The notes beneath the pieces are model-generated. The model worked only from the letters and a program-made list of their open reading frames with translations, did no database searches and was not told where the DNA came from. A stretch of 60,433 nt of DNA, taken from NCBI GenBank assembly GCA_013416795.1, contig RQSC01000003.1, positions 37,214 through 97,646 of the forward strand, read 5' to 3'. Below are positions 9,155 to 20,281 of the stretch, piece after piece (the first letter of the stretch is position 1; every line of letters starts with the position of its first letter). This DNA is from Prasinococcaceae sp. CCMP 1430. Its lineage: Eukaryota; Plantae; Prasinodermophyta. Position numbers and translations under genes: made by a program.

Positions 9155-12100
9155 ATGACGATGCACTCCGCACACGCAACGCACCACCGCCGCCGCCAGT
9201 CCCTCCGCCTCCAAAACCGCTTCCGCCTCCTCTCCTTTGCCTTCCTCGCCGCCTCGCTCCTCCACCGCGCCTCGCCGGCCCACGCGCAGCCGCGCGGGTC
9301 GCACCTGCACTCCTCCGCCCGCAAGACCTCCGTGCCCCGCCTCTCGTCGCTCACCCCGGCGAGCGGCGCGGTCGAGGGGGGCACGCGCGTCACCCTGCGC
9401 GGCGCGGGCTTCGAGCGCACGGGCAAGAACGCCCTGCGCTTCTCGACCGCCTCCCCCCACACCGACGTGGCGGTCGTACCCGCGACCTACATCGACTCGT
9501 CCACGCTGGTGTTCACCACCCCCGCCCGCAAGTCGGCCGTCCCGGCGCACGTGGCCGTCTCGAACGACGGCAAGGCGTTCTCGGCGCGGCCCATGGCGAC
9601 CTCGGGCGGCGCGACCACCTACCTCAACTTCGAGTTCGTCGATGGCAGGCCCTGGGGGCGGTGGGTGCTCGACAACAGCACGTTCCCCGCCGGGGGTGGC
9701 GCTTCGACCGTCGTGCGCCTCGAGGGCGGCTCCACGGACGGGTGCGTCGTCTCGCGCGCCTGCCCACCTCGTGCGTCAGAGGTGCGCCGATCGTCTGACA
9801 CGCCCTTCTCCAACACGCCAAACACACCCACGCACCCCCATCCCTATCCCCCCCCTGCTCTCTCTCTCCCCCAAAAATCACTCCCCCACACCCATCCACA
9901 CACCCACCCAAACACACCCAAACACACACACACACAGCATCCCGCACGGCGGCACCTTTCAACAGAATGCTCACCTCACGGCCTCCTTCGGCAACACCAC
10001 GGCCAGATCCGCCGTGGCCCTCTCTCCGGTGACCTTCACGCCCGCGCTCGCCGCCGTCGACGACAACACCTTCGCGCCCCGTCCCACCGAAGGATGGGAG
10101 CGCGAGATGCTCGTCCAACCGCCGGCCGACGGCTACACCGAGCACGTCCGCATCAACATGACCTATCAGGTGCAGCTGCAGTCGGACAGCTCGACGTTCA
10201 AGTGGCGCAAGTTCGCCGCCGAGTCGCTCCCTTCCAACGCCTGGCAGCCCGTCTTCTCCACCCTGCCCGTCTCGACCTCGTTCGTCCAGCTCGAGTACGG
10301 CATCGCCGTCAGGTGCGCCCGCTCGCGCCCGCCGCCTCTCGCCCGCCCGCTCGCGGCCGCCGCCTGTCGCAAGCGCTGCTCGTCTCGCACGCCAGAGGCG
10401 CTCTGATCTGCCCATCTGACCTGCCCCCAACCCACCCAAAAAAAAAAAAAAAAAAGGTTCCGCCTCACCGCCGACCGTTCGCCGAACGACCTCTTCCAGT
10501 TCGACGTGCTCGCCTTCTCCCCCCTCCAGGTGACCGCCACGTACGTCTCCCCGCACCAGGTCAACCTCATCGCGCCCGCCTACGACGCCTCGCTGCCCGA
10601 CCTCGACGTCTACACGCCCGGCCGCCAGGCCGAGCTCAAGATCTCCAACCGCGGCAACAACTCCTTCTCGACGCCCACCTGCTACGACGCGGCCACCGGC
10701 GTGACCACCACGGGCTCGACCCTGCTCAAAGACGAGGACGCGAAGATCTACGTCGAGGGCTACTTCACGGGCGACGCGCCGCACACGTACGAGGTCGAGT
10801 ACCAGGCCGACGCGACCTTCCGCGCGCGCAAGTGGGCCGCCGGGGGACACCCCCCCGCCTCCTCGTCAGGCGCCGCGTCGGCCTCGTACATCCTCGCCGA
10901 CCAGCCCATCTCGACCTCGCCCACCCACATCGACGACTCGGTGTACGTCTCGTGGGCCACCACCGCCAACAAGACCGCGGGCTCCTACTGCAGGTTCGAC
11001 GCAAACACCTTCTACTCCATCCCCTTCTCGCCGGTCACCTTCGAGGACGCCTCCACCCCCACGACCGGCGCCGACGCGGTCATGGTCGTGGAGGGCGTCT
11101 ACCGCGGCCCGAGCTCGTACACGTTCCAAGTCCAGATGGCCGGCACCACGTCGCTCTTCTACTATCGCTCCAAGGAGTACCCCTTCGGCGCCGCCTGGAG
11201 CGAGTGGAGCGACACGCTCACCATCAGCGCCAATCGCACGGCCATCGGCACCTACCCCGACCCCGATCGCCACGAGGACCTCCCGAGCGGCATCACCGTG
11301 CGCTTCCCGACGGGGCTCACCGGCAAGCAGGACGGCGACGCGTGGACCTTCGTCGCGCACGCGGGCCACCTCGTGACGTACTACGCCGAGCCCTTCGTCA
11401 CCGCCCCGGTCGCCAGCCCGGCCAACGCCCACGGCGACGCGGGCAGCATCGCCGTCACCAAGGACGCGTACGACGGCCACGAGCTGGCCACCTTCACCAT
11501 CGTCTTCGGCGCGGGCCTGGGCTGCGGCGACAACTGCGCCTCCTTCCAGTGGAAGGTCGACACCCCGTCGGGCCCGGAGGGCGGCTCGCCGTACTCCGAC
11601 GCCATCCCCGTCGCGGAGGAGGCCTCAACGAAGGTGAAGCTGGCGATGGGCGTGTCGGTCGCCTTCTCGTCGCCATCGGGCTGGGTGGAGGACAACGCGT
11701 ACACCTTCACCGCCATGCCCATGCCGAGCTCGGTGCTGCCCGTCCTCCCGGACCCCTCGCTGGCCGCCGACGGCACCCGCCGGCTCTGGGTGAGCGGCAC
11801 GTACGCCGTCGCCGAGGCCGCGCCCGAGGAGGACGCGGTGTACACCGTTTTGACGACGGCGGCCGACGCGTTCAAGTGGAAGAAGGGCTACGGCCAGTGG
11901 ACCGCGGTGGCGGCCGGCGCCTCGGCCGGCGCGCACCCCCTCGCCGACGGGCTCGTGCTCAACTGCGCCGCCGGCAGCTTCGCCGTCGGCCGCAGGTACA
12001 CGATCGACGCGCGCACGCACGTCCCGACCGTCCGCTCGGTGACGACGCCGCACGCGGGCAACCGCGCGAGCTCGTCCATCGGCCCGCCCGCCGCCGCCGC

Positions 12101-14726
12101 GAGCAACCGCCTGCGCGCCAACGGCGCGGAGAACGGCGGGAGCGGCCTCCTGGGCAACGTCGTGCCCGACGGCAGCCACTCCGGCAAGATGAACATCTCG
12201 GCGGTGCCCACCGAGGGCTACGTGACGAACGCCTACCCCACGATCTACCTGAAGATCGCGGGCGAGGCCGAGGTGACGAACGTGCGCAACACCAAGGCGC
12301 TCGGCGAGGCCGACCCCGCGATCGCGGTGACCGGCGACTACGCCGGCGACTCGAGCTTCGTGTACGTCCTCGAGACCGGCGGCGACGACACCTTCCGCTG
12401 GCGCAAGTACCCGAAGGGCTCCACGAGCGAGCACGCCACCGCGTGGGCGAGCGGCGTGGCCATGGACACGTCCACCCCGCAGGGCGTCGAGGATGGCCTC
12501 GCCGTCACGTTTTCGAGCCTGGGCATGGCCGCCGGCGTGGTCTTCGAGTTCACCGCGGAGAGGGGCCACTCGTTCGTGTACCGCCGCATCGGCCAGCTCG
12601 ACTGGTCGGACCCCGTCGTCATCAGCGGCGAGCCGCAGGCGCTCGGCGGCGGCGTGTCGGTGCTGTTCGCCGACCGCTCGGGCTACCACACCGGCGACGT
12701 CTTCCTCATCCAGAACCGGACGATCGACTCGTTCGGCGAGTACACCGGCGCCGCGGACGCGACCATCGACGTCGAGATCGTGGACCAGGCGTCCGTCGAG
12801 CCGCCCATCTTCTACCCCGGCGCCAGCTCCACGGCGGCGGGCCTCGCCACGGTGCTCGGCGTGGGCGCGAGCGCCGCGTACACCGGGAACACCACGCAGG
12901 TGTACGAGGTGTACATCGCGAGCACGTCCGGCGCGGTGTCCACCTACAAGTGGCGCGCGTACCTCGAGGGCCACGCGGCGGGCCCGTGGTCGCCCGAGAT
13001 AGACTGCGCGCTCTTCGAGCAGCACCTCAGCTTCGGCGTGGCCGTCGACTTCGGCGCGTCGGACGGCCACTCGGTGGGCGACTCCTGGAGGATCGTCGCG
13101 CACAGGGGCGACGCCTTCAGGTGGCGCGCCGACGGCGGCGCCTGGTCGGACACCACGCGGATTTCCTCGGTCGGCATGGTCGAGGAGGAGGCGACGAACT
13201 CGGCGAGCGGCGTGGCCAACGCCGACATCATGGCCTATGGCTCGTTCTCCGGCGAGGTCGACACGCACTTCACCGTCGAGATCACCGGCGCGAACGAGTT
13301 CAGGTGGAAGCGCGGGCCCAGGGATCGCGTGCACGGCACGACCCCGGGCTGCCCGACGACCTCCACGAGCGCCGAGTGCTGGTCGGCGCCCGTGACGTAC
13401 AGCACCGAGAGCATGATCCTGCTGGCGGACGACGTGTACGTGTGGTTCGAGTCGGTCCTGTCCGACGGGGACGTGTACCACGTGGCGGCCAAGGCGAGCG
13501 CGCACCACGAGCTCGCGGACGGCGTGCACGTCGCCTTCGGCTCGCGGTCGGGCTACGCCGGGCCCTGGTCCGAGGGCGCCGGCGCCGACGCGGGGGACAC
13601 GTGGAGCTTCGACGTCTCGCACGCCACGCCCGCGCGTGGCCCGCTGAGCGGCAACACCGAGCTGACGGTGGCGGGCTCGGGCTTCCTGCCGGGCGACGGG
13701 CTCAAGTGCAAGCTCACCGACGAGCGCACGGGCTACGAGATGGTGGTCCCCGCCCAGTACGACTCGCCGGAGCGCGTGCGCTGCGTCACCGCCGCCCACC
13801 CGCCGGACGTGCTCTCCGACGCCGAGTTCTTCGGCCTCGGGCAGTCCGACATGACCATCGGCGGCGTGTACACCGGCGAGGTCGACGACGGCTACAGCGG
13901 CCTGCGCGCGGCCACGTTCGAGGTGGAGGTCGTGGACTCGACCACTTTCAGGTGGCGCGCGAACGCCGACCGCGCCACGTCGGGCGACATCGCGTACGCC
14001 ACTGCGACCTTCTCCACCGACTGGATCGCGCTCTCCGACGGCGTGCGCGTCAAGTTCGGCGCGACGAGCGGCTACACCGCCCTCGACAGGTGGGAGTTCT
14101 ACGCCGCGCACATCACCGACGCGGTGCACCCCACCGTCGAGCTCGGCACCATCCGCCCGGGCGTCACCAAGTCGGTGCACGTGTCGAACGACAACGGCGT
14201 CACGTGGTCCGCCGCGGGCACCGCCCTCGCCAAGTTCCTGTTCAGCGACATCTACGTGAGCCCCGACGGCAGCGACGCCAGCGGCGACGGCACGGCGTCG
14301 CTGCCCTACGCCACGCTGCAGAAGGCGGTGTACGCCGCCAACGGCGAGGCGCGCGCGGGCTTCCTGTACGACTCGGCGACGACGGGCGAGCAGTACCGCG
14401 GGACGCCCGGCGTGGGCCTCCAGGCGCACATCAACCGCGACGTGGTGGTGGCGTACGACGGGCACTACTTCGGTGCGGGCAACGTCGGGCTGTTCCCGCT
14501 GGGCAAGGTCGTGCAGGTGCGCGCGGCCACGGAGAACGGCGCGCTGATCGACTGCAGCGGCAGCCGCACGGGCGCCGTGCTCGCGAGCGCCGACCACATG
14601 CAGCCGGGCGGCGCCACCGCGCGCCTGGGCCACATCGGCCTCGCGGGCTTCGTCGTGGACGGCTGCGACGAGCACATGGTGGGGACGCAGTTTGGGACGG
14701 CCGCCTTCGGTCGGCAATGGGGGTGA
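9155..14726 (+). CDS. Large secreted IPT/TIG-domain beta-repeat protein with C-terminal DUF1565-like motif; exons 9155-9741, 9938-10312, 10457-14726 (~1,740 aa)
   Basis: Two GT-AG introns join three ORFs in phase. Hydrophobic signal-like segment LLSFAFLAASLL...AHA. IPT/TIG motifs LTPASGAVEGGTRVTLRGAGF...VAVSNDG and PARGPLSGNTELTVAGSGF...VSNDNG. IYVSPDGSDASGDGTASLPYATLQKAV near the C-terminus. Very high GC3. Confidence 0.85.
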
Positions 14727-14857
14727 GGCCATCCAATCACGAGCACGCAACCGACTCCCACGCGTATCATTAATAGGTGCCAATTTAGACCGGTGTCATT
14801 CCGATGCCGGCGCGCACGCGCAGAGGCGCGCGCGCGCGCGCGCGCCCCGCCGCCGCC

Positions 14858-16427
14858 TCACGACGTCGCGACCCACCCCGCGCTGGCCATGAGCGAGTAC
14901 AGCATGGAGAGCTTCGCCGTGGACACCTTGAGCGTCTTCTCCGCGCCGTCGAGGACGGCCTCGAAGGGCTTGCCCGACGAGCGCACGAAGTAGTCCTTGA
15001 TGGCCAGGTACTGGGCGGGCACGATGCGGAGCGCGGTGCACACCTCTTTCTCGCGCGGCGCGAGCAGCGACGCGCCAGGCAGGTGGTCCAGCTCCAGGAC
15101 GGGCCGCGCGCTGCCGCCGCGCGCAGAGGAGACCACGGTGGCGGCGGCGGCGGCGGGGCCGACGCCCAGCCCCCCGCCAGCACCGACTGCGACGTCGCTG
15201 CCTGCGCCGCCGGCCGCCCCGCCGGCGGCGCCGCCGGCGCCCGCCTGCGCTTTCAGCTGCGCTCGCTCGCNNNNNNNNNNNNNNNNNNNNNNNNNNNNNN
15301 NNNNNNNNNNNNNNNNNNNNNNNNNNNNNNNNNNNNNNNNNNNNNNNNNNNNNNNNNNNNNNNNNNNNNNNNNNNNNNNNNNNNNNNNNNNNNNNNNNNN
15401 NNNNNNNNNNNNNNNNNNNNNNNNNNNNNNNNNNNNNNNNNNNNNNNNNNNNNNNNNNNNNNNNNNNNNNNNNNNNNNNNNNNNNNNNNNNNNNNNNNNN
15501 NNNNNNNNNNNNNNNNNNNNNNNNNNNNNNNNNNNNNNNNNNNNNNNNNNNNNNNNNNNNNNNNNNNNNNNNNNNNNNNNNNNNNNNNNNNNNNNNNNNN
15601 NNNNNNNNNNNNNNNNNNNNNNNNNNNNNNNNNNNNNNNNNNNNNNNNNNNNNNNNNNNNNNNNNNNNNNNNNNNNNNNNNNNNNNNNNNNNNNNNNNNN
15701 NNNNNNNNNNNNNNNNNNNNNNNNNNNNNNNNNNNNNNNNNNNNNNNNNNNNNNNNNNNNNNNNNNNNNNNNNNNNNNNNNNNNNNNNNNNNNNNNNNNN
15801 NNNNNNNNNNNNNNNNNNNNNNNNNNNNNNNNNNNNNNNNNNNNNNNNNNNNNNNNNNNNNNNNNNNNNNNNNNNNNNNNNNNNNNNNNNNNNNNNNNNN
15901 NNNNNNNNNNNNNNNNNNNNNNNNNNGTGCGCACGCGCGCGGCCTGCGCCTTGCGGGCCGCCGGCGAGGGCGCGCACAGCAGCGCCGACTCGTCCGTGCG
16001 CGGCAGCGGCGCGGTGGCAGACTCGAGGTACACCGCGCGGTAGTGGCGACGGCACTCGGCGAGGGATTTGGTGGCCACGTGCCCGGCCACCTCCTCCCAG
16101 TTGTCCATGCCGAAGCGCTCGATCGCCTCGAGCAGCAGGATCTCCTCGTCGGCGCCCCATCCAGCCTCGAAGAGAGGGAAGGAGAGGTTGTCCACGACGC
16201 GGTACGCGTGCCAGGGCCTGTGGGCGCCGAGCTGCACGCCCGCGGAGAAGCACTCCACGCACAGGTCCACGCCGCCCTTCGGCCCGGCGGCGCACGCCGC
16301 ATCCGCGCACGCGATGCGCGGCACGGCGGACACGTCGCGCGCGCAGTAGGCGCACCGGAAGAGCGCGTTCCGCGCCGCGGCGACGGCGGCCGCGCGCGCG
16401 CTGTCGCCGCGCGGCGCCGCGAGCCCG
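14858..16427 (-). CDS. ADA2: Transcriptional adaptor ADA2 (SAGA complex), interrupted by N gaps
   Basis: ZZ zinc finger (CAYC...IAC..C...DLCVECFSAG...H...HAYRVVD), SANT (WGADEEILLLEAIERFGMDNWEEVAGHVATKS), SWIRM (LLAPREKEVCTALRIVPAQYLAIKD). Confidence 0.92.
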
Positions 16428-16996
16428 NNNNNNNNNNNNNNNNNNNNNNNNNNNNNNNNNNNNNNNNNNNNNNNNNNNNNNNNNNNNNNNNNNNNNNNNN
16501 NNNNNNNNNNNNNNNNNNNNNNNNNNNNNNNNNNNNNNNNNNNNNNNNNNNNNNNGCGTCCGCGCCGGCGGCCGCCTCGGCGCTCGCGGGCGCCGCCGCC
16601 GCGATATCGATATCGCCTTGCAGACCCCGGGGATCGTCCCCATCACCCCGATCTACCCCGACGAACGAGCCCTCGTGAATAGGAAATGCGCGCGATTGTG
16701 TCGCCGTCGCAGCCCCGGAATGACCGGGTCTACTATCCGATGGTACTCTGGCTGACTAATGGGAATGGCTCCATCGAGCGAGCGGGGCAACTCCGCCAAC
16801 CCGGCCCCTTCCGATCAGGGTCTACATACGGGGCGCTTGCACTTGCTCGCGCCTCCCCGGGGGCAGGCCGTGCGATTGACGCCACGGGTGATGGTGGTAA
16901 CGGCTTTGGTTTATATCAGACTAAATGCTCGTACGAAGACGGGGTGGGTCGGGTGCTCGAAGGGTGCCACTCCATGGCGCTGGTGTGGCTCCGCGC

Positions 16997-18751
16997 TCAC
17001 GACCCCGGTCCAGCTGCGCCCCACTGGCGCAGCAACGCTGCCGTCTCTTCGCGGCCACCGTGCCGCCACCGTGCCTCGGCGAGCTCGAGCGCCGTGCGCC
17101 CAATGCCGTCGCGCGCGGATGGGTCGGCGCCCGCCTCGAGCAGCAGCCGCACGCATTCGGTGCGTCCTTCTCGAGCTGCGTGATGTAACGGCGTGCTTCC
17201 TTGATGATTGGCCTTGTCCGCGTCGGCGCCCACCTCGAGCAGCAACTCCAGGCACTTGGTGGTCGGATTGTCGTTCTCAGCTGCCATATGCATCGCCGTG
17301 CTTCCGAATTCATCCGCCGCATCCTTGTCGGCGCCCGCCTCGAGCAGCGACTCCAGGCACCCGTCATGGCCGTACTGAGCTGCCAAATGCATCGCCGTCC
17401 ACTCATACTCACCCCTGGCATCCTTGTCGGCGCCCGCCTCGAGCAGCGACTTCAGGCACCCCTCATGGCCGTTCCTAGCTGCCAAATGCATCGCCGTCCA
17501 CTCATTCTCACCTAAACCCTCATACTCAGTCCTGGCATCCGTGTCGGCGCCCGCCTCGAGCAGCGACTCCAGGCACCCGTCATGGCCGTACTTAGCTGCC
17601 AAATGCATCGCCGTCCACCCATACGCACCCCTGGCATCCTTGTCGGCGCCCGCCTCGAGCAGCGACTGCAGGCACCCGTCATGGTTGTACAGAGCTGCCA
17701 AATGCATCGCCGTCCACCTACGATGATTCCTGGCATCTTTGTCGGCGCCCGCCTCGAGCAGCGACTGCAGGCACCCGTCATGGCCGTTCCTAGCTGCAAA
17801 ATGCATCGCCGTCCACCCATCCTCATCCCTGGCATCTTTGTCGGCGCCCGCCTCGAGCAGCGACTTCAGGCACCCCTCATGGCCGTTCTCAGCTGCCAAG
17901 TGCATCGCCGTCCACCCATAATGATTCCTGGCATCTTTGTCGGCGCCCGCCTCGAGCAGCGACTGCATGCACCTTTCATGGCCGTTCTGAGCTGCCAAAC
18001 GCATCGCCGTCCACCCATAACGATTCCTGGCATCTTTGTCGGCGCCCGCCTCGAGCAGCGACTTCAGGCACCCCTCATGGCCGTTATGAGCTGCCAAATG
18101 CATCGCCGTCCACCCAAAATGACCCCTGGCATCTCTGTCGGCGCCCGCCTCGAGCAGCAGGTACAGGCAGTCGGCACGGCCTTGCTGGCATGCGCATAAC
18201 ACCGCCCGGTCCAGATTCCACTTGCTCCCCACGATCAAACTATTGATGGCCGCGTCCAGCTCCTTCTGCAACGCGTCACGCTCCGCGTGAGCTAAGGTTA
18301 AAGCCTCGGCGTTGGTCGACAGCGCGCGCCGCGCCAACAGCAAGGCGTGGCGCGCGTTCGTCGCCGACGCGTCGCCCGGACTACCGGCACCAGCGTTACC
18401 CACGCCGCCAGTCCCGCGGCACGCGATCTCAGCGTCCAACCGACGACCCCACACACTTGGGAGTGTTCGAAACGAATCCAAATAACGAAGTAGTAGTCTG
18501 AACCAATCACAGCAAACCTCCAACTTGGTGCGTTGGTCGCGCGCTGAGCGCACCTCCGCCGAGGTGACGCCCAGCGTCCGCGTCGCCAGCAGCAGCGCCT
18601 TGCGGTCGCGCTCCTCTGCGGCCGCGGCACGGTTCTGGCGCAGCAGCGCTGCCGCCACGTGGTGCTTCCCTTCCTCTGCGATGGCTTTGGTGGCGCCGCT
18701 GCCGCCGCCGGCACCGCCGCCGCTACCGAAGCCCGCGCTGCCGCCGGACAT
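16997..18751 (-). CDS. Ankyrin-repeat protein (~11-12 repeats) with N-terminal coiled-coil region
   Basis: ATG at 18751. Tandem 33-aa units DARxxxGWTAMHLAAxxGHxGCLxSLLEAGADK. A possible in-frame intron at ~18305-18517 is unverified. Confidence 0.9.
   Translation of the reverse strand: MSGGSAGFGSGGGAGGGSGATKAIAEEGKHHVAAALLRQNRAAAAEERDRKALLLATRTLGVTSAEVRSARDQRTKLEVCCDWFRLLLRYLDSFRTLPSVWGRRLDAEIACRGTGGVGNAGAGSPGDASATNARHALLLARRALSTNAEALTLAHAERDALQKELDAAINSLIVGSKWNLDRAVLCACQQGRADCLYLLLEAGADRDARGHFGWTAMHLAAHNGHEGCLKSLLEAGADKDARNRYGWTAMRLAAQNGHERCMQSLLEAGADKDARNHYGWTAMHLAAENGHEGCLKSLLEAGADKDARDEDGWTAMHFAARNGHDGCLQSLLEAGADKDARNHRRWTAMHLAALYNHDGCLQSLLEAGADKDARGAYGWTAMHLAAKYGHDGCLESLLEAGADTDARTEYEGLGENEWTAMHLAARNGHEGCLKSLLEAGADKDARGEYEWTAMHLAAQYGHDGCLESLLEAGADKDAADEFGSTAMHMAAENDNPTTKCLELLLEVGADADKANHQGSTPLHHAAREGRTECVRLLLEAGADPSARDGIGRTALELAEARWRHGGREETAALLRQWGAAGPGS
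17100..18165 (-). repeat. 99-bp coding tandem repeat (ankyrin array), high nucleotide identity
   Basis: The block gtcggcgcccgcctcgagcagc recurs with a ~99-bp period. One unit carries an 18-nt insertion. Confidence 0.95.
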
Positions 18752-19861
18752 CTCCGCCCTGACTTCGCCCGCGCAGCGCGCGCGCCCGCGCGCCCGCTCG
18801 CTTGGCGCTCGCTCGCTCGCCTGGCCGTCAACGCGTGCGCGCGCGAGAGAGAGAGCGGGCGCGGGCGTGCCGGTGCGCACCACGCTCGGTGTGGCAGCGC
18901 GCCACGCCGCGCCGGGGGGAGGGGAGCATCCACACACTCCCTCCCTCCCTCCCTCCCTCCCCCGCGGGAAATTCGCACGCGACACAGCGCGCGCGCGCGC
19001 AAGAAACGCATCAAAACGCACGCGTTTTCGTTCGCGCGCGCGTTTGCGCGCGCGCCGGACTCGAATTCCCCTGGCTTGGGCTTGGCTTCGCAGATCGGAT
19101 GCGTTTTGTTATGTATCGAAAGTCTCCCGTTGGTGTGGAAGCGCACAAAAGCGCGCCCGCTCAGCGCGCGCTGACTCAGCGGGGGGCGCGCGCTGCCAGC
19201 CAGGAATGTGCGCGGCGCGAATCCGAACGCCTGGCCCACATCGCCTCGGGGGGCTGGGGGCAGCCCCCGAGGCGACACGTCGCCACACCCGCCGCCCGCT
19301 CGGGCTGCCAGAGGCCGGGGTGGACTGGGCAAACGTTGGGGGGTCGCGCGCGCACCTCGCGTGCGCGTCGCCCCCGGCCCGCCGCTCGAGGGGGCGGACG
19401 GATCCGGATCCGCACGCTTGCGGCGGCGCCGCGCGCACCTGCCTGATTGAGGTCAAGCGGATGCCGCAGGGCTTCCAATGTTCCTCACAATATCACACGT
19501 TTGAGCCGGATCTGGATCTGGCAGGCTGCTGTTCCGGGTTGCGTCGCGCGTGCCGCGGGCACCTCTGTGATGGCGACCGTTGCGGATGAGACCTTCCCGT
19601 GGTTACGTGTGACCTTCATTCGAATGTACAGAGCTCGGCCTCGCCATTCGCCCGCATCGGAACATCCGCTCGCGCTCGGTGCCACGTGGACTGCAGGTAA
19701 CAAGGAGCCGGGGGGGCGCCGCGGCGCGCGCGTGCCGCCGCGGGCTGCGTTTTGATGGGGGGGAACGCCGCGGCGCCGGCAGCTGCAGCTGCGGCGCGTC
19801 CGCGCGCGCCGGCTTCATCGCGGCGCCGCCCGCACTCGGCTCGGCTCGCTCGCGTACCCCC

Positions 19862-20151
<290 letters not shown>

Positions 20152-20281
20152 NNNNNNNNNNNNNNNNNNNNNNNNNNNNNNNNNNNNNNNNNNNNNNNNN
20201 NNNNNNNNNNNNNNNNNNNNNNNNNNNNNNNNNNNNNNNNNNNNNNNNNNNNNNNNNNNNNNNNNNNNNNNNNNNNNNNNN

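Noticed and set aside
16686-17183. + strand 165-aa ORF overlapping the ankyrin gene end
   Set aside because: No recognisable motif, weak codon bias, and it overlaps a well-supported antisense gene.
17100-18165. Ankyrin array as a CRISPR array or DGR target
   Set aside because: Units are in-frame 99-bp coding repeats in a eukaryotic gene. There are no cas genes, reverse transcriptase or template repeat in the window.
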